A DNA stretch of 64,000 bases from Centroscyllium fabricii (GCA_051313645.2 JBNRSN020000015.1:100936001-101000000); one strand, 5' to 3'; counted from the stretch's first letter, positions 37,472 to 49,850 are shown. Numbers and translations: made by a program. The notes: generated by a model not told the origin, from the sequence alone.

Positions 37472-37778
37472 ATCATAGAATCCCTACAGTGCAGATAGAG
37501 GCCATTTTGGCCCTTCGAGCATGCACCGACACATATCCCACCCTATCCCCGTAACCCCACATATTCAAACCCCCTAACACTAAGGGTCAATTTATCCTGG
37601 CCAATCAACCTGACCTGCACATCTTTGGACTGTGGGAGGAAACCTAAGCACCCGGAGGAAACCTACGCAGACACGGGGAGAATGTGCAAACTCCACACAG
37701 ATAGTCACCCGAGGCCGGATTTGAACCCGGGTCTCCAGTGCTGTGAGACAACAGTGCTAACCACTATGCCAAAGTGCC
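37472..37778 (-). mobile_element. V-SINE with family 1 body but short HE1-type tail
   Basis: Body as in family 1, ending ...GGCCTCTATCTGCACTGTAGGGATTCTATGA. Confidence 0.85.
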
Positions 37779-38671
37779 GTTTAATTTTTTCCCACATTAT
37801 CTGCGCAAAGAGTTATGGGAGGTAGATATTCACTGCTCTTCTCTGCGAGAAGTAAATTCAAAATGTTTGGGCACCTCCTTCCTTCTAAGCTCCAGCCTGG
37901 AACCTCCCCACCCCCTCGCCTTATGGACCTTGTGGTAATCTCCAGCATTGTATTAGGGTTCAAGTTATCCATTCCCCCAAGAATGTTGAATGCTTGACTA
38001 TCTCCCCGGAGCCTTCTCTTCGCCAAAGTAAACAATAACAGACTCTTCAATCCCCCCACCTCATAACTGAGATGCTTTAAGCCTGGTAGTTAAATGCATG
38101 TGTCTGGGCACCAGCATTGAAGTGCCAGTGATATTCTTATTCGAAAAGAGCCGAGAGGGCTTTAATAGTTACAAAAAATGCTCCACACAGGTTGTGGTTA
38201 TACAGATACTAATGTGAAGCTGAAGTAATGTAGTCCAGGTGATCCCACACCCAACACTGAATGGAACATGCTGGGCTGCAGCTTTGGTGCATCTTTACCC
38301 AAACTTCAGTACGAAAGTCAAATGAGTAGCAGCAGCTAGGAGTTACACAGTGGAAGCCAGAATATATTTAGACAGTGTAATGCAGTCTTCAGAATTTGAG
38401 GGTCTAAACTAAAATGTCATTAAAGCATGCAACATCGTGAGGACATCACGCTAACCTCGACTGTGAATAGAGTGGAGAAATGGCTTCAGGATCGGAGTCT
38501 GTGATCTTGCCAGTGCCAGTATAAATCAGGACCCCATGCCTCTTTACAAGTTAAAAGAAAAACTGCTCCCAGTTCCCTTTGTGCAATATATCTGTACCCC
38601 TAAACCTCAGTTCTTGTGTCACTGCAAAGGTGTTTCTGATTCAATGCCATACAGGAAATCTAGTATAGTAT

Positions 38672-39222
38672 AAGGACTTGCATTTATATAGAGCCTTTCA
38701 CAACCAGAGGACGTCCCAAAGTGCTTTAGAGCCAATGAAGTACTTTATATTTTCCAGTGTAGTCACTGTTGTAATGTAGGAAACGTGGCAGCCAATTTGC
38801 ACACAGCAAACTCCCACAAACAGCAATGTGACAACAACCAGATAATCTGTTTCAGTGATGTTGATTGAGAGATAAATAAATATTGGCCATGACACAGGGA
38901 GAACTCCCCTGCTCAAACAACCAGATAATCTGTTTTAGTGATGTTGATTGAGAGGTAAATAAATATTGGCCATGTCACAGGGAGAACTCCCCTGCTCAAA
39001 CAACCAGATAATCTGTTTTAGTGATGTTGATTGAGGGGTAAATAAATATTGGCCATGACACAGGGAGAACTCCCCTGCTCAAACAACCAGATAATCTGTT
39101 TTAGTGATGTTGATTGAGGGGTAAATAAATATTGGCCATGACACAGAGAATTCCCCAGCTCTTCTTCAAAATAGTGCCATTGGATCTTTCATATCGATCT
39201 GAGAGAGCAGACGAGGCCTCGG
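38672..39222 (-). mobile_element. Deu-domain SINE (SacSINE1-like) with internal tandem amplification
   Basis: Minus strand GGCACTATTTTGAAGAAGAGC..GGGAGTTCTCCCTGTGTCATGGCCAATATTT..CCTCAATCAACATCAC and 3' end GTGAAAGGCTCTATATAAATGCAAGTC; recalled Deu-SINE consensus. Confidence 0.7.
38835..39148. repeat. 83-bp tandem repeat, about 3.8 units
   Basis: CAACCAGATAATCTG recurs at 38835, 38918, 39001 and 39084. Confidence 0.95.
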
Positions 39223-39427
39223 GCTTGTGGTGTCAAGTTGTGGCCAGTGTTGTGTTGGGAGACCTGGCTATTAGGAGATGGGTTCATATTTCCTAACTGA
39301 TGTGAAAGGAGCATTTTTTTTAAATGGTAGGACATTGAATATTCCATATAGAATAGAAACATAGAATGATTGACAAACCCAGGCAGTGAAAGTGTTAAAT
39401 ATAGACTATGATTCACAACAATTAACA

Positions 39428-39755
39428 TGTTCAAATCCAGCCTCGGGTACTTTCTCCACGTGTCTGTGTGGGTTTCCTCCAGGTGCTCCGGTTTCCTCCC
39501 ACAGTCCAAAGATGTGCGGGTTAGGTTGATTGGCCATGATAAATTGACCCTTAGTGTTAGGGGGATTGAATATGTGGGGTTACAGGGATAGGGTGGGATA
39601 TGTGTCGGTGCAGGCTCAAGAGGGGTCGAGGGATATGGGGACAAGGCAGGGACAGGGTACTGGGTTTGGATGATCAGCCATGATCTCACTGAATGGCGGA
39701 GCAGGCTCAAAGAGCCGAATGGCCTACTCCTGCTCCTATCTTCTATGTTTCTATG
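39428..39755 (+). mobile_element. V-SINE family 1, 5'-truncated
   Basis: Starts at the B box; V-domain partly deleted; tail present. Confidence 0.85.
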
Positions 39756-40361
39756 TATTGTCAAAATTTCAGTTGCTAGCCTCCATTTGAATTGAGTTAT
39801 AAAATAAATTATATTGCATGCAGTCGGAGTAGATTTATTTGCACAAACAAACAATCATGAATGTGGAAGATCCAGAGACATTTATCGCAAGACATCGGAC
39901 TCCTAGGATAATATTTATCAGTAACATAATTGGTAATAAAAACAGCAGAAACAAATTTATTTTGAATGACCTTTGTTCAATACATTATAACCTAAAGTGT
40001 GCATTTACACTGCAGCTACCAGTCTTGGATCAATAGCTGCAGTTCAAGTTCCAGTCAGAACCTTGCTTGGCTCATGCCTTGCTGGAACTCGCATTTAGGA
40101 GGACACACAAATCTCCAAAACGTCAGCAATTTAAATGTCAAGAGTAAATGCTCTGTAAACATTTAAATTAGGATCAGATATGTTTCCAAAAGTACTTGCG
40201 AGGCCCAAAACACCCCAAGCACTTTGCCAAGCTGGATTGACGCTGCACTGGTTTAATGGTGGATTGACACTCGGCAAGTTTAGTATTGGTGCAAAGATCA
40301 AATTGCTTGAATTGATGCTAAACTGAGAATCAGGTGTCAAGGCACAAACTTACTCCAAGAA

Positions 40362-40717
40362 TGCAAGAAGTCACACAACACCAGATTATAGTCCAACAGT
40401 TTTATTTTAAATCACAAGCTTTTGGAGCTTCTGCCCCTTCGTCAGGTGAAAGAGAGACTGACTTAAAGAACGCACATATGTGATGAAGAGAGAAATCTGA
40501 TATCTCCCACATCTCACCTCAGTAGATGTGGGAGATATCAGATTTCTCTCTTCATCACACATGTGCGTTCTTTAAGTCAGTCTCTCTTTCACCCGACGAA
40601 GGGGCAGAAGCTCCGAAAGCTTGTGATTTAAAATAAAACTGTTGGACTATAATCTGGTGTTGTGTGACTTCTTGCATTTGTCCACCCCAGTCCAACACCG
40701 GCACCTCCACATTATGG
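40362..40717 (+). mobile_element. Penelope-like family A, longest hairpin (about 155-bp arms)
   Basis: Arms about 40361-40514 and 40524-40678, 9-nt loop, few mismatches; TSD TTACTCCAAGAA (40350-40361 / 40718-40729). Confidence 0.88.
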
Positions 40718-41723
40718 TTACTCCAAGAAGACTACTTTCTCCAGGAAATTTCATTGAGGTCAGGCCCATACACCAAATTCAGTCTCCAATTACACTAACT
40801 GCAACATCAATGAGAAGCAAAATTGCATTGTGCTGGCACTACAGAAAGTTAAATGCACCATTACAATATATGCAGTCAAACTCAAGCAGTGCAAGACTTC
40901 AAGGAGGCCGATTCTACTTCTAGGCCCTGACTCTGGATTTAAGGTGTATTTGTAATACAACATCAGTAAAAAGTGGGTTTGCTTTACACCAATGCTGCAG
41001 TTACAGTGTAATGGAAGCCACAGTCACAGCCTGACCTGACATCAGAAGAAAATGGAGCAAGTCTCCTTGGAGGATGGAGTCGTACTCTGCTTTGGTGTCA
41101 ATCTGGGCCTCAGCACCCGATTTACACTACACAAGTTTGCTAGTGCAAAGACGAAGCGGCTTCACACCAATGTTAAACTTGTAGGGTAAATGCACCCTTA
41201 CTACACTGTCAGTTTTGCATTGGTGTGAAGTTAATGTGAATGCATCCTTATATTCCAGCTGGTATCAGAGTCAAGCAGTACAAGACTGTGCCTTCCAAGG
41301 AGTCTCACAGCTTCACTCTGCCATCAGGTTAGGCCGCAACTCTGAATTAAGGTTGCTTTTCCGGTGCAGAATGAACCCATGTGCACTGACGCTGCAGTTA
41401 TAGTGCAAATTTTTTGGGTATGTAGTAAGCAGCTCACCAGAGAATCCCTGCAATTTTCAGTGAAATCAATGGATCAAAATTACAGGCTGCACGCTTGAGA
41501 TTTTACAATAAGCCATCTGCTGCATAGAAGGCCATGCTGGTGGAATGGGATCTCGGGCAATTTGGGCAGCGTGTAAACGCAGTCTGAATCTGCAGCCTGG
41601 GTTGGAAATAAAATTGGAGCAAAATTGAATGAGACTCCAAGGGAAGAAAGACTTACTGTACATTGCTTTCAGTTCAGGCTTGACATAATTTACGCCACAC
41701 AAATTGATCATGTCAGAGTTAGT

Positions 41724-41953
41724 CGTCATAGAGGTATACAGCACAGAAAAAGGCCCATCGCGTCCATCAAGCCCTGTCTATTCTAATCCCATTTTCCAGC
41801 ATTTGGTCTGTAGCCTTGTATGCTATGGCATTTCAAGTGCTCATCTAAATGCTTCTTGAATGTTGTGAGGGCTCCTGCCTCGATCACCCTTTCAGGCAGT
41901 GAGTTGCAGATTCCAACCACCCTCTGGGTGAAAAAGTTCTTCCTCAAATCCCC
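41724..41953 (-). mobile_element. CR1 LINE 3' fragment
   Basis: Same subfamily as the 9910 and 25891 copies. Confidence 0.85.
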
Positions 41954-42833
41954 AATTCCATTTCACACAAGCCCAATTCCATTTCACACGAGCATGAAAC
42001 TAACTGTAAACGCACCCTAAAGGGACCATTCACAACAAAATCCAATCGGAGTTCATCATAATTCCTCGCACAGTGACTTTGTGCACGTTAACATGATCAT
42101 CCCAGGAAAATATTTTTATCCAGCATGGCCCCGCTGAACTTTGCTCTTTGGGGCACCAACTGCAATGACTGCATTTACACTGTCATTTGAGATCTGCAGT
42201 TCAGGTTTGAACCACCAGGTGCTGGGGTCAGTCAGTCAGGTCGAGAGGTCAAATCCATCTGCCATGGATCATACTCTCACCACAGGGGATCAAGTTTCCG
42301 CTAGTATTAACAGTGCAAAATTGGCCAAACTGGCGCAAAAGATCAGGAAACTTTAAACACAAGTTACATCAAACGTAAATTGCTTTTACGCAATCTTTCA
42401 TGCTGGTTTAAAGTCATTTTGCTGAAGCCGGCCCCGTCCACACCCCAGATTGAAATAATCAGTGCGTTTCCACTGATTGCACCCGTTTCAGTCGTTCGAG
42501 GAGGCTCTTTAAATTTAACTTGTTTTTTTAATGACCCACAGTCACTAGTAGGCATATTTTTAAATGTTTAATTTATTAAGGAACCGATAGTGTACACCAA
42601 TGAAACCAGTAAATGGTTCAGTATAGTTTTTAAAAACTCATTTTCAGTGATCTAAAGGTTAGTCACAGATGCATGACTAGTCATTAATTAAAAATGCTTT
42701 TTTGGTACAGCTGGGTTTTCAGCTGTAGTAATAACACTGCAGCAGGTTACCATTCTTAAATGCATCAATGAATATTTTTTAAATGCAAAAAAACCCCAAT
42801 TACATTCTATTATGGTGACCGATCACGCTGGTT

Positions 42834-43852
42834 CATAGAAACATAGAAGATAGGAGCAGGAATAGGCCATTCGGCCCCTCGAGCCTGCTCTGCCATTCAA
42901 TGAGATCATGGATGATCATCCAAACCCAGTACCCTGTCCCTGCTTTCTCCCCATATCCCTTGATCCTTCTAGCCTTAAGAAATACATCCAGCTCTTTCAA
43001 TGAACTAGCCTCTGTGGCAGAGAATTCCACAGGTTCACCACTCTCTGGGTGAAGAAATTCCTCCTCACCTCTGTCCTAAATGAGTTACCCCTTATCCTTA
43101 GACTATGACCCCTGGTTCTGGACTCTCCGACCATAGGGAACATTCCTCCTGCATCAAGTTTGTCCAGACCAGTTAGAATTTTATACGTTTCGATGAGATC
43201 CCCTCTCAATCTTCTAAACTCCAGAGAGTACAAACCCAGTCTACCCTCATACGTCATTCCTGCCATCCCAGGTATCAGCCTGGTGAATCTTCTCTGCACT
43301 CCCTCCATGGCAAGAACGTCCTTCCTTAGATAAGGAGACCAAAATTACACACAGTACTCAAGGTGTGGTCTCACCAAGGCCCTGTAAAACTGCAGCAAGA
43401 CCTCCCTGTTCCTGTACTCGAACCCTTTCGCCATGCGGCACGGTGGCTAGCACTGTTGCCTCACAGCTCTGGAGACCCGGGTTCAAATCCAGCCTCGGGT
43501 GACTATCTGTATGGAGTTTGCACATTCTCCCCGTGTCTGCGTGGGTTTCCTCCGGGTGCTCCGGTTTCCTCCCACAGTCCAAAGATGTGCGGGTTAGGTT
43601 GATTGGCCATGATAAATTGACCCTTAGTGTTAGGGCGATTAAATATGTGGGGTTACGGCGATAGGGTGGGATATGTGTTGGTGCAGGCTTGATAGGGATA
43701 TGGGGGGAGGGCAGGGGCGGGGTGCTGGGTTTGGATGATCAGCCATGATCTCATTGAATGGCGGAGCGGGCTCGAAGGGCCAATTGGCCTACTCCTGCTC
43801 CTAGTTTCTATGAAGGCCAACATACCATTTGCCTTCTAACCGCCTGCTGCAC
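42834..43852 (-). mobile_element. CR1 LINE 3' fragment interrupted by a SINE
   Basis: ORF 42997-43308 (EGVQRRFTRLIPGM..); CR1 resumes after the SINE at gaaggccaacataccatttgcc. Confidence 0.88.
43434..43812 (+). mobile_element. V-SINE family 1
   Basis: Matches the other family 1 copies. Confidence 0.9.
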
Positions 43853-45851
43853 AGGCCTGAAATCTTCATGGAAGATTTGACATTTATTATGCAATAGAAT
43901 TGAGGCGGAAACTTGAACCATAACTTCACTTCGGAAAAACAGCGCAATTTCAAGCACAATGCCTGTCTCGTTTCCCAATTGTGCCCAGAGCGGAAATTCT
44001 ACCCTGCCATCTTTAGTGTTGTTGCATTGTAGTGTGAAAGTACAAGAGAAAGCTGCTGCAACTTTGTTGAGCTGAGGAAGTGACCCAATTGTAAGAGACT
44101 GGTGTGCTTCAAAGTTAGTAATTGTTAACTTTCCAGGACACATTCACTCTGGTGTAGAATTTCAATAAATGCAAAAAAGCTAGTTGTAATATTAATCACA
44201 AAATAGTTGTGCTATTGGGCAAGTGATAAATCAAGATCCTTACAGAAACAAACACACAATTATTTTCATAGCTTCTTTGCAGTGTGGAAATTTGGGATAG
44301 AGCTTTCCCGTATCAGTATTGATCATGAAATGCACCAATTCAAACCAAATACATTTGAATACCCTCCTGATTTCTACTGTTGGCATCAGTTCAGTTATTA
44401 TTCAAACTTTGTCCAAAATTTCATAATAGAAATCCCTATTTCTAAACTGGTTTTCAGTTTCTATTTTTTATGCAAATAGAGTTGTTGTCAAATATCTGGG
44501 CAGTATAAGTAGACTAAATCATGGAAAACAAAAGGACGATGTTAAGATATTCTAAAGTTTGGTTCTGCAGGGAATGGCTAAACATTCTGCAGCTATTTCA
44601 TGCCAAAGAAATATTTGTTGAGCTATTTTTGCTGGATAATATGACACAATGATTGTGGGTTTAATGAACTGCAGCATTTTGCAGCCCGGTCCCATTTTGA
44701 AGAACATTTCTCTCCTTCAGTCTGAATGCTCTTAGTAATGAGTAGTTGAAAATCAAAACCAGCAGAGCCAGTACACTGGTGGAGTAGGGTTGTGAAAAAG
44801 AGATCCACACAAAGATGCACACATGTAAAGATGAGAGTCTATATTTCAAATGGGGATTTTAAACAGTCACAGTTGTGATCTCTCTGGGTGTTACTATAAA
44901 ACAGTAATATATAGTCCATGTATGTTTTTAATTATATAGATTACAGTCTTTGTAAATCTGATAAACATTTCCCTGAAGGCTGCAAGGATTTTGAGTTAAA
45001 TGTGCAGGGTACTTTAGGATATTATATCCATCTTAAGTCATGTTTTCCCTCACCAACGAACTTCTAAATTTGTACATAAAAAGAAACCATAAGAAACTTG
45101 ATGAGGAAAGCGTTTATGGTTTTGATGCGCAGTGGAGATATCCCATCCCCCCCACCCCCTCAATCAAATGCATTAGGAGCCAGCAAAGTGCAATATTTAA
45201 ACTTCTCAAGATGCTGCAGCGGTCTGATTGACAGTCGAGTCCCAGGCTTGGTGCAGACAGGGTAAAGGCCATTTCGCCTATCGGAGGAACCATTTGACCG
45301 AGTTCGTTGCAGCAGGTGGGCTGACTGACAGGTCCAGGGTGAGGACACTGGCTATTTTAGAAACAACATCTACTATTGGATACAGGAGTTGAACAGCAAA
45401 TCCCATTTAGATGCCTGAAGATCGAGATGTGAACACATTCTGCGGCCACGAACAGAAAGAATCAAAGCGGGAAAAGCCGCCCACATTTACAGATTAAAGC
45501 ATAATTGAAAATCACTGGAGTTGAATAAACACCTTAACGGCATGTTTTATGTTTATTTAGTGCGGAGTTTGCGAGAAATGCGAGGAGGCAGGTTAAAATG
45601 AGCTAAATTGAGGCTGACTGCAACCACGATTAAAATATATGGAGGAGCTGTGTTTATTTTTCCAGAGATATGTGTAAAATCGGTTACAGCTCCAAAGTAC
45701 AATGATTACACACTCGACTTTACCAAAGATAACCTAATGCTAAAAAATACATGGTTTGGTTAGGTCGTCTACAAAACACTTTCGATTATTTTACTCGCCC
45801 CTCATAAATTGCTGAGCCCACCCTATCATGATGAACAGTTTTAAAATAAAC

Positions 45852-45962
45852 TGCAAGAAGTCACAAGCTTGTGATTTGAAATAAAACTGTTGGACTATAA
45901 CCTGGTGTTGTGTGACTTCTTGCATTTGTCCACCCCAGTCCAACACCGGCACCTCCACATCA
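45852..45962 (+). mobile_element. Penelope-like family A minimal insertion
   Basis: Very short inverted arm plus tailed arm; TSD TTAA(A/G)ATAAACTG (45841-45853 / 45963-45975). Confidence 0.8.
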
Positions 45963-46877
45963 TTAAGATAAACTGACATTTGGACAATTTGACATGCACA
46001 CGGAACACTCCGACACCATTATTCAAAACCAAGCTTATATTGGCTCGTGTTATTTCACAGATATGTATCTGATCACCCGTTATAAAGAAATTTGTTAACA
46101 AACCGACGACCACAGTACAATGTCGAGCCCCCTCAGATGAAAGTTACACAGAGCAGGGTCACTGTAGTTACAAGACGGTCTGCAATTAGCCACCAAGTAA
46201 TTAGTAATCAAGGGAAAGTGCAACGAAATAAACTAGCAAACCAAGTAAATATTAAAGTTCCTACCCCCGAGTGCACAGCACACTTCAAATTAATTAATTT
46301 CAGGTCAAAGTTTACAATAGGAACAAAAGGCAAATGCAGAGGGAACTGTGAGGAATGCAAAGACCTTCAAACATCAGTACCAGGCCCAAATTGCATTCCT
46401 ACCCTAACTCAGTCTCGTTACACTTTACTCCCCTGCAAAGGCCTCATTTTTTCCCCAAAAACATGCTGCAATAAAGACTTTTCTCTGTTGTTGGTCAAAA
46501 TATAGTCATTGTAATACTTCTGCAAAATACGCTTTCATAAGCGTTATTCCACAACATCATTCTATTTACTTCGGTGGTGACCAAAAGAGAATAGTCTGGA
46601 CTAAAGATTATCTCATAATTTCCTTCAGCGCCGTGGCCTGGAAAATCAACAGGGACACCTGCAGCTCAGGGACCTGCAAGGATTTGATCACAAGTGGCTC
46701 TTGAGGCAAAGGCTGCAACATTTCAAAGGGCGATGGATAACAAGGAATGGAATAAAAGTAGAGAAAGGGCAGGGACCCGGGTTGAATGTGCATTGCTGCA
46801 GTTGATGAGCTACTGACAGGACAAGTGGGGTGGGCCGCTCCTTGTAGTGTTAAATTAAACTGCATGTGGCTCGATAT

Positions 46878-46947
46878 TTCTGAGTTTTCTCCAGCGTTTT
46901 CTGTTGTTATTTCGGATTTCCAGCATCCGCAGTATTTTCCTATTGTC
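46878..46947 (+). mobile_element. Penelope-like family B 3' tail
   Basis: ctgagttttctccagcgttttctgttgttatttcggatttccagcatccgcagtattttcctattgt. Confidence 0.6.
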
Positions 46948-46959
46948 TTCTATAGGCAT

Positions 46960-47652
46960 ATGGGTAGTAAGAGGAGGGGCGGGGCTGATTAGGGACCAAA
47001 AAGGAGACCTACACGTGCAGGCAAGGGCATGGCTGAGGTACTAAATGAGTACTTTGCATCTGTCTTCACCAAGGAAGAAGGTGCTGCCATTAGACATAAT
47101 GAAGGAGGAAGTAGAGGAGATATGGATGGGATAAAGACGAGGTACTAGAAAGGCTGGCTGTACTTAAAGTAGATAAGTCACCAAGACCGGATGGGATGCA
47201 TCCTTGGACGCTGAGGGAATTGAAGGAAGAAATCGCGGAGGTACTGGCCATAATCTACCAATCCTCCTTTGAAACGGGGGTGGTGCCAGAGGGCTGGAGA
47301 ATTGCAAATTTTACACCCTTTTTCAAAAAAGGTTGTAAAGATAAACCCAGCAACTACAGGCTAGTCAGTTTAACCTCGGTAGTGGGGAAGCGTTTAGAAA
47401 CAATAATCAGGGACAAAACAGTCACTTGGACATGTGTGGATTAGTTAACGAAAGCCTGCACAGATTTGTTAAAGGCAAATCGTGTTTAACAAACTTGATT
47501 GAATTTTTTGATGAGGTAACAGAGAGGACTGATGAGGGCGATGCGGTTGACATGGTGTACATGGATTTCCAAAAGCCGTTCGACAAAGTACCACATGCTT
47601 GCCAGCAAAGTTGAAGCCCATGGAATAAAAGGGACAGTGGCTGCATGGATTT
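46960..47652 (+). mobile_element. CR1 LINE internal RT fragment
   Basis: HPWTLRELKEEIAE..WRIANFTPFFKKG..NYRLVSLTSVVGK and KSCLTNLIEFFDEVT..VYMDFQKPFDKVPH. Confidence 0.9.
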
Positions 47653-48047
47653 GGGCAGCACGGTGGCACAGTGGTTAGCACTGCTGTCTCACAGCACTGG
47701 AGACCCGGGTTCAAATCCGGCCTCGGGTACAATCTGTGTGGAGTTTGCACATTCTCCCCGTGTCTGCGTGGGTTTCCTCCGGGTGCTCCGGTTTCCTCCC
47801 ACAGTCCAAAGATGTGCGGGTTAGGTTGATTGGCCATGATAAATTGACCCTTAGTGTTAGGGGGATTGAGTATGTGGGGTTACGGGGATGGGGCGGGATA
47901 TGTGTCGGTGCAGGCTCGATAGGGATCGAGGGGTATGAGTAGGGGCGGGGTGCTGGGTTTGGATGATCAGCCATGATCTCAATGAATGGCGGAGCAGGCT
48001 CGAAGGGCCGAATGGCCTACCCCTACTCCTATCTTCTATGTTTATGT
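47653..48047 (+). mobile_element. V-SINE family 1, full length
   Basis: Matches the other family 1 copies. Confidence 0.9.
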
Positions 48048-48136
48048 TTCTCCACCGATGCAGCCTGGCCTGCTGAGTTTTTCCAGCATTTTCTGTTGCT
48101 ATTTCGGATTTCCAGCATCTGCAGTATTTTGCTATC
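48047..48136 (+). mobile_element. Penelope-like family B 3' end
   Basis: tttctccaccgatgcagcctggcctgctgagtttttccagcattttctgttgctatttcggatttccagcatctgcagtattttgctat. Confidence 0.7.
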
Positions 48137-48759
48137 GTCCAGGCTAGTCCCCAATGGCCAAACCATTTCCTTTCTCCAAGCATTAACACGGGCTGCAGAA
48201 AGTCGCATCGTTTTGCACCTTACCGGTACCGTCAGATGAATCATCTGTTTATTTGTCAGGCACAAAGCCCCACACGTGAACTCTTCACTAGAGGTGCTGA
48301 TCTGCACCGACAATAAATGAAGACATCTCAAACTACTCCCGCGCCACATTCCCCAGGTACCAACAACCTGCACAAGGCCAAATCCTTTCCTCTGCTTAAT
48401 CCCGACAATGACTGATAGTTTACTTTACCAGTTACTGCCTCCAGAAAATTCCTGCCCCTCAGAGAGTGATCAGCCCTGCCTTCAGGAAACAAGCCACTTT
48501 TCCTCACCTGCCTGCTCTGCTTTCATCATCGCCGCTTGAGGAGGTCCAGCCAGCATCACACTTCCCAACCCTGCCTCCACACGGTAACAGCAATGGGCTG
48601 TACCAGCCGGCTTTGAAAAAGAAACTCTCTTTATTGCCAAATCAGGTCCCCCCACCACTGAATAACATGCTGCTTTTTTTTAAACCAGTGACTCTTTTAT
48701 ATTAAAATTAAACAATTTTACACAAAACAACATTTACAGAGCTCAAGTCACAGCTCCCG

Positions 48760-49502
48760 GCAAAGTCACAAGCCCTCATGTTTTCAAATGCAATTAGTCA
48801 CACAACACCAGGTTATAGTCCAACAGTTTTATTTGAAATTACAAGCTTTCGGAGCGCTGCTCCTTCCTCAGGTGAAAGAGAGATGCATTTAAACACAGCA
48901 CTGAGAGATTAGATTGCTATATACGCTGTGTTTAAATCAACTTCTCTCACACCTGAGGAAGGAGCAGCGCTCGGAACCTGGTGTTGTGTGACTTCTTGCA
49001 TTTGTCCACCCCAGTCCAACACCGGCACCTCCACATCATGTCTTCAAGGCAGGGGTCAAAAGTCACAAGGCAGGGGTCAAAGTCACAAGCCCTCATGTCT
49101 TCAAGGCAGGGTCAAAAGTCAAGCCCTCATGCCTACAAGGCAGGGGTCAAAAGTCACAAGGCAGGGGTCAAAGTCACAGGCCCTCATGCCTACAAGGCAG
49201 GGGTCAAAGTCGCAAGCCCTCATGCCTTTAAGGCAGGGTCAAAAGTCACAAGGCAGGGGTCAAAGTCGCAAGCCCTCATGCCTTCAAGGCAGGGGTCAAA
49301 AGTCGCAAGGCAGGGGTCAAAGTCACAAGCCCTCATTGCTACAAGGCAGGGGTCAAAGTCGCAAGGCAGGGGTCAAAAGACACAGGCCCTCATGTCTATA
49401 AGGCAGGGGTCAAAAGTCACAAGGCAGGGGTCAAAGTCACAAGCCCTCATGTCTACAAGGCAGGGGTCAAAAGAACAAGCCCTCATGTCTACAAGGCAGG
49501 GG
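48760..49502. repeat. Two-module minisatellite (CAAGGCAGGGGTCAAAAGTCA and CAAGCCCTCATGYCTW)
   Basis: Many alternating modules at 49040-49502; first unit starts near 48761, before the family A insertion. Confidence 0.92.
48788..49036 (+). mobile_element. Penelope-like family A hairpin inserted in the first minisatellite unit
   Basis: TSD CATGT(T/C)TTCAA (48777-48787 / 49037-49047); inverted arms, right arm internally deleted. Confidence 0.8.
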
Positions 49503-49671
49503 TAATAACATGCTGCTACCCGCCTCATTTATCACAATACAATTGCGTATTAACCATAACAGCGTCAGAGGACCGCTGATCAATCAATGGAAGTAATAGA
49601 TCTCACCTGCATTCCCCGTCTCCTAAGTGTAAAGCTAAATTGGTCATTACTGCCTTATTTTTCTAACATAC

Positions 49672-49850
49672 TGTCGAGCCACGCGCCCAGGTGGCCCTGG
49701 AGATGGAGCACGCGGTGTCCGCTGGCACGCTCGAGGCCTTTCGCGAGCGGTGGGCACCGCAGGGACTGGCGTGCATCATCACCCCGGTCAACCAGATTTC
49801 AATTTAATTTGTTAAGTTTCATTTAATGTTTTATTAGTTACACTTTATTT
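49672..49850 (+). mobile_element. Tx1/L1-like retrotransposon 3' fragment
   Basis: VALEMEHAVSAGTLEAFRERWAPQGLACIITP-like peptide followed by a T-rich 3' UTR; recalled Tx1 ORF2 C-terminus. Confidence 0.55.

Noticed and set aside
38835-39148. CRISPR-like array (also considered 3842-3910 and 49040-49502)
   Set aside because: Units are contiguous with no unique spacers; vertebrate DNA with no cas genes.
48928-49505. 157-aa and 174-aa repetitive ORFs
   Set aside because: They are translations of a stop-free minisatellite plus a transposon tail, inside an ALX4 intron.
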